This document shows positions 38,854-47,757 of a stretch of 64,000 bases of DNA, one piece after another. Position numbers and translations under genes: made by a program. The DNA comes from an uncultured Myxococcales bacterium (GTDB lineage: Bacteria; Myxococcota_A; UBA9042; PWKZ01; CAYRCM01). Location of the stretch: the NCBI GenBank assembly GCA_964422715.1, contig CAYRCM010000001.1:65331-129330 (forward strand), given 5' to 3'. The notes beneath the pieces are model-generated. The model made no database searches and had not been told where the DNA came from. It saw nothing but the letters and a program-made list of their open reading frames with translations. Positions within the stretch are counted from its first letter, which is position 1. Every line of letters begins with the position of its first letter.

Positions 38854-39843
38854 CTACTCCTCGACCCGCAAGAGGTACAGCTTGTCGACGAGCACGCGAC
38901 CTTCGGCGGCGTTGCCGTCCTTCCGGTCGATCTTGAGACCGAGCGTCTTGACGGAAGCGGCGTTCCAGCCTTCGGCCAGGTGGCGCACGAAGACCTCGTG
39001 GCGGCGCCATTCGCCGTCGACGATGATGGGATCGGATGTGCCCACGATGCCCTGGTTGTAGGGCGCGTACTTGTCGAATTCGACGAGCTCGACGCGGAGC
39101 TGGTGCTTCTGCCCGTCGGCCGATTTCACGATGATGCCCACCTTGAGATAGCCCGACAAATCGGCCACCTCGGCCTTGCCCTCTTCGGTGCCCTTGAAGT
39201 ATTCGAAGTACCCGCAGGCACTCAAGTCGTCGAACGGCAGTTTGAACAGGATTTCCATGACGCCCTTCTGCTCGGCGTACTCGGAGAGGATGCACTTGCC
39301 GTCGCGGTACGTCCACGTGCCGAAGAATGCCTCTCGGCGATTCTTGCGCAGGTTCTTGTCGGCGATGGGCCCGTCGTAGTCGTTGAGGATGTCCCACGAC
39401 CCGGGGATGGGATCGGGCACGGTGGGGGTCAGGCCGACGACGGCCTTCTTGGGCTTCACCTCGACCTCGACGGTGCGTTTGACCGTGCCGGAGGACGTGG
39501 TGACGTCGACGGTCAACACATCGGTTCCCCCTTTGCAGTCTTCGGGGATGGTGTATTCGATCTTGAAGTTGTCGTCGCGGTCGAATGTGCCCTTACAAGG
39601 CCCTGATGACGTCCACTTGAAAACGAACTTCTCATCTTTGTAGTCAATGTGTTTGACGAGGGCGACGCGCACGGTGGCGCCGGCGTCGGCATTGACCCGA
39701 ATGGCGCCGCCGGGCTTGCCGTTGCGGCTCGGCGCCGGCGTGGTCTCGACGGCTTTGATCGGGTCGGCCTTCCTTTTCTCGCAGGCCGACGGAAGTGCCA
39801 GAAGCAACAAAGCCGCCACGACGATCGCTACCCGGAACGCCAT
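38854..39843 (-). CDS. Hypothetical lipoprotein (329 aa), upstream of and co-oriented with the PAAR gene
   Basis: MAFRVAIVVAALLLLALPSACEKRK (lipobox), then a Lys/Asp-rich mostly-beta protein. The region has lower GC (~60%) than its surroundings. No domain recognised. Confidence 0.65.
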   Translation of the reverse strand: MAFRVAIVVAALLLLALPSACEKRKADPIKAVETTPAPSRNGKPGGAIRVNADAGATVRVALVKHIDYKDEKFVFKWTSSGPCKGTFDRDDNFKIEYTIPEDCKGGTDVLTVDVTTSSGTVKRTVEVEVKPKKAVVGLTPTVPDPIPGSWDILNDYDGPIADKNLRKNRREAFFGTWTYRDGKCILSEYAEQKGVMEILFKLPFDDLSACGYFEYFKGTEEGKAEVADLSGYLKVGIIVKSADGQKHQLRVELVEFDKYAPYNQGIVGTSDPIIVDGEWRRHEVFVRHLAEGWNAASVKTLGLKIDRKDGNAAEGRVLVDKLYLLRVEE

Positions 39844-40114
39844 TTCCTCTCACCCCTTTCCGTTACGGAACCGGAACGTGCAGCGATCCTATCCCGTCAG
39901 GGCCGGGCTTGGCAAGCCCACAATGGGCCGGCGCGTGGGGCGCGAACAACGCGTCGCCGGGGTTCGGCGCGAGCCCTTGGCGTGCTAAACCGCCGCCTCG
40001 GGTGGCGCTCGGCGGGCCCCACCGTCTCGATTCCTTCGCGCTCCGGGATTGACAAGGCGTTCGACCTCCCCTAGAAACACCGCCCGGCGGGCGTCTTGGT
40101 CACAGGAGTACCCC

Positions 40115-40408
40115 ATGCCGAACAAGTGTGAACACCTCAAGCCTGGTATCGAGTGCGTTTTCTGGAAGCCGAAGCGTGGCTGCACCTACGCTGGCGGTGG
40201 CTGTTCGCCGGTCGTCGACTCTTGCGAAGGCTGCGAGCACGTGGGCACCTTCCCGGCCGGACGGTATTGCACGGTATACGCCGATCCCGCGTACAAGTGG
40301 TCGGTTGGCGCCTGCAATTTCGCGACCCACGTCAAGAGCGACGTGGTCCAGGAAGCGCGCAAACTGAACCCGTTGAAGGCGTCCAAGCGCGCCGCGCGCG
40401 GCCGGTAG
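40115..40408 (+). CDS. Small cysteine-rich protein (97 aa, 10 Cys)
   Basis: ATG at 40115 with AGGAG 6 nt upstream. MPNKCEHLKPGIECVFWKPKRGCTYAGGGCSPVVDSCEGCEHVGTFPAGRYCTVYADPAYKWSVGACNFATHV..., basic C-terminal tail. Divergent from the lipoprotein gene. Confidence 0.55.
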   Translation: MPNKCEHLKPGIECVFWKPKRGCTYAGGGCSPVVDSCEGCEHVGTFPAGRYCTVYADPAYKWSVGACNFATHVKSDVVQEARKLNPLKASKRAARGR

Positions 40409-40573
40409 TTTGCGCGGCTGACCTCCGCCGCGCGACGCCGCCCCACCCGGCCGTCGTCGCGCGCCCCCAGTCCCGCCGGAGCTGCGCGACGGCGTGGCTC
40501 AGGTTGCCGCGCCCGACGCCGGCGCCGTCTGCTAGCGTCGAACCGGGTTCGGACCTGTCGCGTCGGAGGCCGC

Positions 40574-41455
40574 ATGCTCGATCTGCACGGGTGCCTCGTG
40601 GCCCTCGTTACGCCCTTTTCGGGTGGACGGCCCGATCTGCACTCACTCAGGCAGCACGCGTCGCGTTTGCTGGCCGATGGCGTTCACGGGCTGGTTCCGT
40701 GCGGCACCACCGGCGAAGCGGCGACTCTCGCCGACGACGAGTTCGTGGCGGTTGTCGGCACCGTGGTCGATGCGGCCGCGGGACGGGTGCCGGTCGTCGC
40801 GGGCTCGGGGACCAACTGCACGGCTCAGACCATCGCGCGCACCCGCCTCGCCGCGCAGGCCGGGGCCGACGCTGCGCTCGTGGTGGTGCCGCCGTACAAC
40901 AAGCCCACGCCCGAGGGCCAATTCCGTCACTTTGCAGCCGTTGCCGACGCCGTCGACCTGCCGCTCGTGCTGTACAACGTGCCAAGCCGCGTCGGCACGA
41001 ACCTCCTGCCGCAGACGGTGCGCCGGCTGGTCGCCGAATGTCCGCGCATCGTCGGCCTCAAGGAAGCCTCGGGCGACCTCGCACAGGTCAGCGTCCTGTT
41101 GCGCGACGTAGGTTCGCGCCTGGCCGTCCTGGCCGGCGACGATGCCTGGACGCTGCCGCTCATGGCGCTCGGGGCGCGGGGCGTCGTGTCGGTGGCGGGC
41201 AACGTTGCGCCGGCGGCGATGGTGGCTCTCGTCGAGCACGTCGAGTCCGGCCGGCTGCCCGAGGCGCGCCGCCTGCACGGCGATCTTCTCGACCTCTTCT
41301 CGGCACTGTTCGCCGAATCGAACCCCATTCCCGTGAAGACCGCTCTCTCGCTGCTGGGGCGTATGCCAGGCGAGTTTCGTCTGCCCCTCTGCGCGGCGCA
41401 GCCCGAGACGGCCGAGCGCCTGCGGCTCGTGCTGGAGCGGCTACGGGTCCTGTAG
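40574..41455 (+). CDS. dapA: 4-hydroxy-tetrahydrodipicolinate synthase
   Basis: LHGCLVALVTPF...LVPCGTTGEAATL...VVAGSGTNCTAQT...YNKPTPEG...YNVPSRVG (catalytic Lys region)...IVGLKEASGD are DapA hallmarks. Confidence 0.9.
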   Translation: MLDLHGCLVALVTPFSGGRPDLHSLRQHASRLLADGVHGLVPCGTTGEAATLADDEFVAVVGTVVDAAAGRVPVVAGSGTNCTAQTIARTRLAAQAGADAALVVVPPYNKPTPEGQFRHFAAVADAVDLPLVLYNVPSRVGTNLLPQTVRRLVAECPRIVGLKEASGDLAQVSVLLRDVGSRLAVLAGDDAWTLPLMALGARGVVSVAGNVAPAAMVALVEHVESGRLPEARRLHGDLLDLFSALFAESNPIPVKTALSLLGRMPGEFRLPLCAAQPETAERLRLVLERLRVL

Positions 41456-41512
41456 CGCCTCGCCGGTGCGCCGTTCGCGCCGAACGGTGCCGGCGGCGCC
41501 CCGGGATGAATA

Positions 41513-41536
41513 CAAAGGAAAGCGCGATTTCCTTTG
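41513..41536 (+). promoter_or_regulatory. Perfect 9 bp inverted repeat CAAAGGAAA-N6-TTTCCTTTG (AT-rich arms in a 70% GC background), candidate operator upstream of the HhH-barrel gene
   Basis: Read directly in the dapA / 41622 intergenic region, about 85-110 nt upstream of the ATG. A GC hairpin (CCGTTCG-CGC-CGAACGG, 41471-41487) precedes it; neither is followed by a U-run. Confidence 0.3.
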
Positions 41537-41621
41537 AGCGCGGGTGACAGGGCCACGGCGTTCTGCTAGCATCCGCGCTCATGACCACCTTGTTCGACCT
41601 CCTGTCAGAGGAAGATCCCGC

Positions 41622-43976
41622 ATGCCCGCCCGTCACGACCTCATCCGCCGGAATACCCGGTGGCTTGGTCTCCTTGTCTGCGGCGTCTGTGTGCTGGCCG
41701 GGCCCGCTGCCCAAGCGGTCGTCTACTCGACGCCCGTCGTCGTCGAGAGCGAGGAGGATCTGTACGAACTCTACGAGAACGGGCAACTGAGCGACGAAGG
41801 GCTCGACCGCCTGCTCGAGATGTTCCGCAGCAAGGTCGATCCCAACACGGCCGAACGCCAAGTGCTGTTCGACTTGCCGGGCATGACGTATCCGCTCGTC
41901 GACGCGCTACTCGAACGCCGCGCCCGAGAGCCGTTCCGCAAGGTGGAGGAACTGCTCTCGGTGCCGTTGCCCGACGAGGTTCTCGTCCAGATTCGGCCCT
42001 TTCTGCGCATCGTTCCGCCCGGTGTGGCCCCGCGGCCCGTTTCGGGTCGCGCGCGGATCGAGTTCATCGATCATTTCGACGACGACTACGTTCCGGCCGA
42101 GTACTTCATGGCTGAGTTGAAGATCCTCGACTGGGTGCAACTCGGCTTCCACGGCATCTTCCAAGAGGAATTCGGCGACTTCAAACTCCACCGCGGCATC
42201 GACGACCCGCGCGAGTCGTTCTTGACGACTCCCGGTTTCGACTTCGCCTGGCAGCCGGCGCGCTTCCTGAACAATTCGCGGTTCTCGGCCCTGGTCGACC
42301 GGCCCACCTGGGCCGTCGTGGCGGGTCACTTCCGTGCGGGCTTCGGCCAGCGGCTGGTTTTTGACAACACCGACCGCAGCGATCCGCACGGGCTCTATCC
42401 CGATCAGGCGGCCTATCTCTCGTATGAGTCGCGACCCCGGTTTCGCCTCTACGAGGCGTCCATGCTCGGCGTCGGCGGTCGGCTCAAGTCGCTTCCGCTC
42501 GGTGCCGTGCAACTCGACATGACGTCGTTCTACTCCTACCGCTGGCGCGACTCGTACTTCGACCAGTTCTACCCGCACATCGCCTTCACGCCCAACAGCT
42601 TCGAACCGTTGGCGGCGGGCGTCGACGATCTCGAACGCTCTCGCCACCGGGTCAACTACCACACCGTGCGCGATGTCTGGGCCGAGCACACCTTCGGTGG
42701 CAACGTGACCGTGCGCGTGGGCGACGACGCGCACGTGGGGGCCACGGCCTACGGCGAGGTCATCGACTGGCGCCTGGGAGGCTGGGATCTGTTCGATTTC
42801 TCGCCGAGCAGCCCGATTCCGAACAAGCGCTGGCACGGCGCGAGCGGCATCGACTTCGCGGTGCGGCTCGGCAACGTCAGCCTGTTCGGTGAATACGCCT
42901 TTGCATTCGCGGTGGGGCGCTCGGGGCCGTTTGGCGAACAACAGGATCTGTTTGGCCACGCGGGCGCCGTGCGTGCCCTGTTCGAGTACCACACGTGGCA
43001 ACTCGACCTGGCCGCCTTCGCATACTCGCACGACTTCGCCAACCCGCGCAGCCGCGGCACGGCGGTGGCCGACGAGTTTCGGGGAGGCAGGGGCCGCAAC
43101 GAATACGCCCTCTCGGCCGACGTGACCTACTCGCCAGTGCCTCCCGTCAGGCTGCGCGCCGAACTCCTGCCGTACTTCCATCCGGCCGAGTCGTGTCCGA
43201 CGCTCGGCGAAGTTGGCGACTTCGCAGGCGGTTTGTATGACTACGACGTGCAGAACGATCTCGTCGCCGGCGGCTGGACGTGCGCCGAGCGGGGACGTCG
43301 TTTCGGCCTGAGCATGCTCGTGCGCGCCGACTGGGAAGTCATCAAGAAGCTCACGCTCGCAAGTTGGGTCTCGTGGCACGACAAGGACCTCGAACACGTG
43401 GGCACCGAGGACACGTCGTTCTCCAACCAGAAGGGAAGCAGCAAGCCGGGCGAGCGCAACATCTCTTACGGCCGACCGCTCGGCCAGCGCGTCCAGTGGA
43501 CCCTCCAACTCAGCACCAACCTCGTGCCGCGCACGTCGCTCACGGCCCACTACGCCCTGTCGTTGCTCGACGACGGCACGGCGCGGTTCGACCATTCCAT
43601 GCTCATGGCGCACGTGCTGTACGGCGAAGCGCGGGTGCGGGCCTTCGACTGGTGGACCCTCGTCGCGCGTCTGCGCTGGGGGCCCGACACCGTGCAGAAC
43701 GCGTACTACCCCGCGGCCTGCTGTCAGCAAGTCGTGTTCGACCCGCTTTCGGACGAGGTCGACGTCAGCCCCTGGAATGCTCGCGGCAACGAACTCATCG
43801 AGACCTACCTGCAGAACGAATTCAAGCCCATCGACGGCATGCTCATCAAACTGCGCTACACGTTCCGGCACTTCGTCCACAAGGGCGCGTGGGAAAATGC
43901 CGACGATCTCGACGTCTACTTTGGGCCGGGCGACTGGGCCCATGAACTGCGCTTTTCGACCGAGTACCGTTTCTGA
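41622..43976 (+). CDS. Outer-membrane beta-barrel protein with N-terminal ComEA-type helix-hairpin-helix DNA-binding domain
   Basis: Start MPARHDLIRRNTRWLGLLVCGVCVLAGPAAQA (signal). Residues ~70-130 read VDPNTAERQVLFDLPGMTYPLVDALLERRAREPFRKVEELLSVPLPDEVLVQIRPFL, a ComEA HhH signature. About 650 aa of alternating amphipathic strands follow, ending ...LRFSTEYRF (terminal Phe). Confidence 0.7.
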   Translation: MPARHDLIRRNTRWLGLLVCGVCVLAGPAAQAVVYSTPVVVESEEDLYELYENGQLSDEGLDRLLEMFRSKVDPNTAERQVLFDLPGMTYPLVDALLERRAREPFRKVEELLSVPLPDEVLVQIRPFLRIVPPGVAPRPVSGRARIEFIDHFDDDYVPAEYFMAELKILDWVQLGFHGIFQEEFGDFKLHRGIDDPRESFLTTPGFDFAWQPARFLNNSRFSALVDRPTWAVVAGHFRAGFGQRLVFDNTDRSDPHGLYPDQAAYLSYESRPRFRLYEASMLGVGGRLKSLPLGAVQLDMTSFYSYRWRDSYFDQFYPHIAFTPNSFEPLAAGVDDLERSRHRVNYHTVRDVWAEHTFGGNVTVRVGDDAHVGATAYGEVIDWRLGGWDLFDFSPSSPIPNKRWHGASGIDFAVRLGNVSLFGEYAFAFAVGRSGPFGEQQDLFGHAGAVRALFEYHTWQLDLAAFAYSHDFANPRSRGTAVADEFRGGRGRNEYALSADVTYSPVPPVRLRAELLPYFHPAESCPTLGEVGDFAGGLYDYDVQNDLVAGGWTCAERGRRFGLSMLVRADWEVIKKLTLASWVSWHDKDLEHVGTEDTSFSNQKGSSKPGERNISYGRPLGQRVQWTLQLSTNLVPRTSLTAHYALSLLDDGTARFDHSMLMAHVLYGEARVRAFDWWTLVARLRWGPDTVQNAYYPAACCQQVVFDPLSDEVDVSPWNARGNELIETYLQNEFKPIDGMLIKLRYTFRHFVHKGAWENADDLDVYFGPGDWAHELRFSTEYRF

Positions 43977-44043
43977 GGCCCGCACGGGCGGCTAGGGCGC
44001 TCGGTCGCAGCGCCGACCGGGCGAACGGAAGGTGAGAAGGACC

Positions 44044-47000
44044 ATGGCAGGCGGTGCGCGGACGTTGTGGTTCGGCGGCCTGGTTATCCTCGTGGCGTGG
44101 GTTGGAGCCTGCGCGAGCGACGAGGGGGGCGGCACGTGCCGCGCCGACCTCACGGGGAAGGTCGTCATCAACGAGGTCTACTACGACGAGGCGGCTGGCG
44201 AGGTCGCTTTCATCGAATTGCGCGGCGATCCCGGCCTGTCCCTGAACTGCCTCAGCATCGTGGGCCGCCAGGGCAACGGCACGTGCGAGGAATCGGTTCG
44301 GTTGCGCCTGCGTGGGTTGACCCTGCCCACCGACGGCTACCTGGTCATCGCCGCGGCGCCCACGGCCACGGCTGAACTCGTCGATCCCAAGGCGAATTTT
44401 CAGAATGGCCCCGACGGTATCGAACTCGTCGACGACTGCTGCAACGGCCTCATCGTCGACGCCCTGGCCTACGGGCCGGTCAATTGCCCCGACCCCGGTG
44501 TTGGCGAAGGCGATGCTGCCGGGACCGTCGAGAAGGGCGAGTCGCTGAGCCGCTACCCGGACGGCTCCGACAGCGGGCGAAATACCGTCGATTTTTGCGC
44601 AGCGCCGCCCAGCCCGGGCCGGCCGAATGAACAGTGCGGCGGCCCGCTCCCCGGCTGCAGCGACGCGGCGGTGGCCGTCGGCGCCGTGGTCATCACCGAG
44701 GTCATGGCCAATCCCCAGTTCTCGCCCGACTGGTTCGAACTGCACAACCCGGCCGGCGAGGCCGTCACGCTTCGCAAGGACTGTTGCATCGTCGGGGAAA
44801 CCGGCACGACGGCGCATGCCGATCTGCTGACCCAGGATGTCGAACTGTCGCCCGGGGGCTACGCCGTGTTCGCCAGCAAGGCGCTCGACGCGGCCTGCAA
44901 CGTCCCCATCGCGTACGACTTCGGCAGTCTCAGCCTCGTCGCGAGCGGCGCCGAGGATCTCTACGTCGCGTGCGTCGTGCCACCCGAGAACGTGCCGGTC
45001 GACGCTGACAGCGTCGAGTTCGAAGGCGTCACGTACACGGTCATCGATTCCGTCACCTACGATTTCAGCGCGGCCGGCGCCGAAAAGGGCTACTCCCTCA
45101 GCGTTTGCCCCGACGCCGCGACGGCAGAGGCCAACGACGACCCGCAGGAATGGGCCCCTGCCGACCCGGCCGACCTCTATTGCACGCTCGAAGGCAGTGA
45201 GTACGGCACGCCGGGCGGCCCGAGCCGTGAGTGTCCAGGGCCCGGCACGCCGTGTGGCCCCGGCGAATGTCAGTTCACCGAGCTGCTGATTGCCCCGGCC
45301 GAAAGCGCCAAGGAATGGCTCGAAGTCTGCAATTGCGCCGCCGAGCCGCGAGACCTGCAAGGCTGCCGGCTCCAGGAAGGCGGGGCCGCGGCGGGCACCG
45401 TCGACAACGAGTACACGCTGCCCGCGCGCAGCGTTTTGCGCCTCGAACCTGGCCAGTGCGCGCTGTTGACGACGGGCTCGTGCATCGATCAACCGCAGCC
45501 GTGCGGCGAGTACCGCAGCGTCAGCTTCAACAACACCAAGCATGAGTTCCTCGAACTCATGTGCCCAGCCTACGATGCATCCGGCGAACGCGTCGACGTC
45601 GATGGCGATGGCGACGTCGACGAAGCCGACATGCAGCAGATCGACCGGGTCGAATACAGCCTGGGCAACAAGTCCCCCACGCGCACGGGGTACACCTGGA
45701 ATCTGTCGGCCGACGCGGTCTGCGCCGGCGGCCCGGCGCCGGGGGCCTGTCGTTGGTGCGAGGCCGACGAAGAAGCGTTCTACGACAACGTCAACCGCGG
45801 CACGCCCGGCACCACCAACCGTCTCTGCCCCGCTGCACCGCGCTGGCCCGGAGCCGGCGAGCTCGTCTTCACCGAGATCCTGCCCGACGCCGTGACCGGC
45901 ACCGGTGAATGGATGGAACTGTTCAACCCCACCGGGCAAGATTTCGACCTGCAAGGCTGTCGCCTCGCCAAGACGCCCGGCACCACCGGCGTATCGTACG
46001 CCATCCCGCTCGCACTCACGGCCACGGTGCAGGCCGACAGCCACTTCATCCTCGCCAAGGCGGCGAGCGCCTGCGACGCCGCCACCGGCTGCGATCCCAC
46101 GGCCTGCGAGGTGTTCGGCGACGCGCCGTGCCTGGCGTACGGCACCATCACGATGCCCGACGACACCCCCGACGTCCGCATTGCGCTTCTGTGCCCGCTC
46201 GGGGGCGCCGACGGCAGCTGCCCCGAGGCGGGGGCCGAGGTCGAAGTCGCCGCCGTCGTCTACAACCCCACGGGCGGGGAAGAGGCCGTGGACGGCTGCA
46301 GCCATCAACTCAGCGGCGACGGCTACGGCCCCGGCGTCACGCCCGGCGACAACTGGTGTACGACCCCAGTCTGCGAAAGCGCCTCGGGCGTCGACAACGT
46401 CGGCTCTCCGGGCGCGCACAATCCCGACTGCCCGCCGCCGCTCACCCCGCCCAAATACGGCGACCTCATCTTCACGGAGATCATGGCCGACGCCGAGGGC
46501 GAGTCGGACTGGCTCGAGCTGCACTCGCTCGTGGCCGACGTGCGCGACGTGCGGGGCTGCAAGCTCGTGCGCGAGTCGGGCTCGACCTTCGAAGACGACA
46601 CGCTGCCGGACACCCTGGCGACGCAGGTCGCCGCCAATGGCTACCTCGTGCTGCACGAAGACGCGTGTCCACCCGAATTCGCGGGCTTCTGCGCGAGTTT
46701 CGGTTCGGTCACGCTGCCGAAAACGACCGCCGACGTGTCCGTGCGCCTGTTCTGCCCGTGTCCCCCCGCCTCCGGCGCCTGCGTGCCCTGCGATCCGGCC
46801 ATGCGCGGTTGCGAGGCGGGTCTGTTCCTGGTCGACGCCGTGCAATACAACGTCGCCGGGGGGCCCCAGGTGCAAGATGCCTACAGCCTCAGTCTTGCGC
46901 CCACAGGGTTCAGCGCCGCGGCCAACGACGAAGCCGGCAACTGGTGCCAGGCGGCGTCCGATGCGACCTACGCCGTCGGCAGCGGCAACCACGGCACGCC

Positions 47001-47577
47001 GGGAGCCGCCAACCCGGCCTGCCCCGGCCCGGCGGCCTATCCGGCGCCCGGCGAGGTCATCATCACCGAGGTCATGATCGACCCCGAATCGTACTCCAGC
47101 AACGACGGCGAGTGGTTCGAGGTGCACAACATCGCGAGCGGCGGTCGCGAATTGCAGGGGTGTCGGCTGTCCGAGACCACGCAACCTGGCGGCACCGAGC
47201 ACAACTACCTCGTTCCAATCGAGACTCCCGTGCCCATCGTCGCGGGCGGCTACGTGGTGTTCGGGCGCAGCGGCGGCGGGCTGTTGCCGGGCTGGGTGCC
47301 GTATTCGAGCCTGGGCTTCAACGACACCGACCCCGAGGCGCTCGTGCTCACGTGTCCCGACGCGGCAGGCACACCGGTCGAGATCGACCGGGTCGTCTAC
47401 AACGCCACCGGCGCGCGCAGCGTGCCCACCGGGTATTCCTGGTCGCTCAGCAGCGCCTGGCTCAGCGGGGTTGGCAACGACGACCCGGCGCACTGGTGCG
47501 CTGCGGCCGATGCGGCGCTCTACGACACCCACCAGAACCGGGGCACACCGGGGCAGGCCAATGCGGCCTGCCCCTGA
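44044..47577 (+). CDS. Lamin-tail-domain (LTD) repeat lipoprotein (~1177 aa, at least five LTD modules separated by Cys-rich linkers)
   Basis: MAGGARTLWFGGLVILVAWVGAC lipobox. LTD-like modules each begin (V/I/L)(I/F)(I/T)E(V/I)... and contain (E/D)W(F/L/M)E(L/V)(H/F/C)N, for example VVINEVYYDEAAGEVAFIELRG, VVITEVMANPQFSPDWFELHNP, LVFTEILPDAVTGTGEWMELFNP, LIFTEIMADAEGESDWLELHS and VIITEVMIDPESYSSNDGEWFEVHNI. Confidence 0.75.
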   Translation: MAGGARTLWFGGLVILVAWVGACASDEGGGTCRADLTGKVVINEVYYDEAAGEVAFIELRGDPGLSLNCLSIVGRQGNGTCEESVRLRLRGLTLPTDGYLVIAAAPTATAELVDPKANFQNGPDGIELVDDCCNGLIVDALAYGPVNCPDPGVGEGDAAGTVEKGESLSRYPDGSDSGRNTVDFCAAPPSPGRPNEQCGGPLPGCSDAAVAVGAVVITEVMANPQFSPDWFELHNPAGEAVTLRKDCCIVGETGTTAHADLLTQDVELSPGGYAVFASKALDAACNVPIAYDFGSLSLVASGAEDLYVACVVPPENVPVDADSVEFEGVTYTVIDSVTYDFSAAGAEKGYSLSVCPDAATAEANDDPQEWAPADPADLYCTLEGSEYGTPGGPSRECPGPGTPCGPGECQFTELLIAPAESAKEWLEVCNCAAEPRDLQGCRLQEGGAAAGTVDNEYTLPARSVLRLEPGQCALLTTGSCIDQPQPCGEYRSVSFNNTKHEFLELMCPAYDASGERVDVDGDGDVDEADMQQIDRVEYSLGNKSPTRTGYTWNLSADAVCAGGPAPGACRWCEADEEAFYDNVNRGTPGTTNRLCPAAPRWPGAGELVFTEILPDAVTGTGEWMELFNPTGQDFDLQGCRLAKTPGTTGVSYAIPLALTATVQADSHFILAKAASACDAATGCDPTACEVFGDAPCLAYGTITMPDDTPDVRIALLCPLGGADGSCPEAGAEVEVAAVVYNPTGGEEAVDGCSHQLSGDGYGPGVTPGDNWCTTPVCESASGVDNVGSPGAHNPDCPPPLTPPKYGDLIFTEIMADAEGESDWLELHSLVADVRDVRGCKLVRESGSTFEDDTLPDTLATQVAANGYLVLHEDACPPEFAGFCASFGSVTLPKTTADVSVRLFCPCPPASGACVPCDPAMRGCEAGLFLVDAVQYNVAGGPQVQDAYSLSLAPTGFSAAANDEAGNWCQAASDATYAVGSGNHGTPGAANPACPGPAAYPAPGEVIITEVMIDPESYSSNDGEWFEVHNIASGGRELQGCRLSETTQPGGTEHNYLVPIETPVPIVAGGYVVFGRSGGGLLPGWVPYSSLGFNDTDPEALVLTCPDAAGTPVEIDRVVYNATGARSVPTGYSWSLSSAWLSGVGNDDPAHWCAAADAALYDTHQNRGTPGQANAACP

Positions 47578-47757
47578 CGGGGTCTCGGAAAACTGCGCGC
47601 CGCGGCGACCACCTCTGCCGGTCGGCAGCGGCGTCGCCGGGGCCCCCGACACCCTGCGCGGATCACGGACACGCCTCGGGTTTCGTGCACCCCGCTTCCG
47701 GGCGGCCCATCCGGTTGGGTCGCGTCTCTCGACGGAACGCCGTTTGGGGCGACTCTG

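Noticed and set aside
37300-39850. Lower-GC spike/PAAR/lipoprotein island as recent horizontal transfer
   Set aside because: Overall GC is lower (~58-60%), but third-codon positions remain mostly G/C and the RBSs look native. The drop is largely explained by Lys/Asn/Ile/Asp-rich protein composition. Horizontal origin is possible but not supported strongly enough to call a mobile element; no integrase, transposase or flanking repeats were seen.
41461-41490. GC-rich hairpin after dapA (CCGTTCG-CGC-CGAACGG) as a rho-independent terminator
   Set aside because: No downstream U-tract; it could be a structured spacer. Mentioned only in evidence, not called as a terminator.
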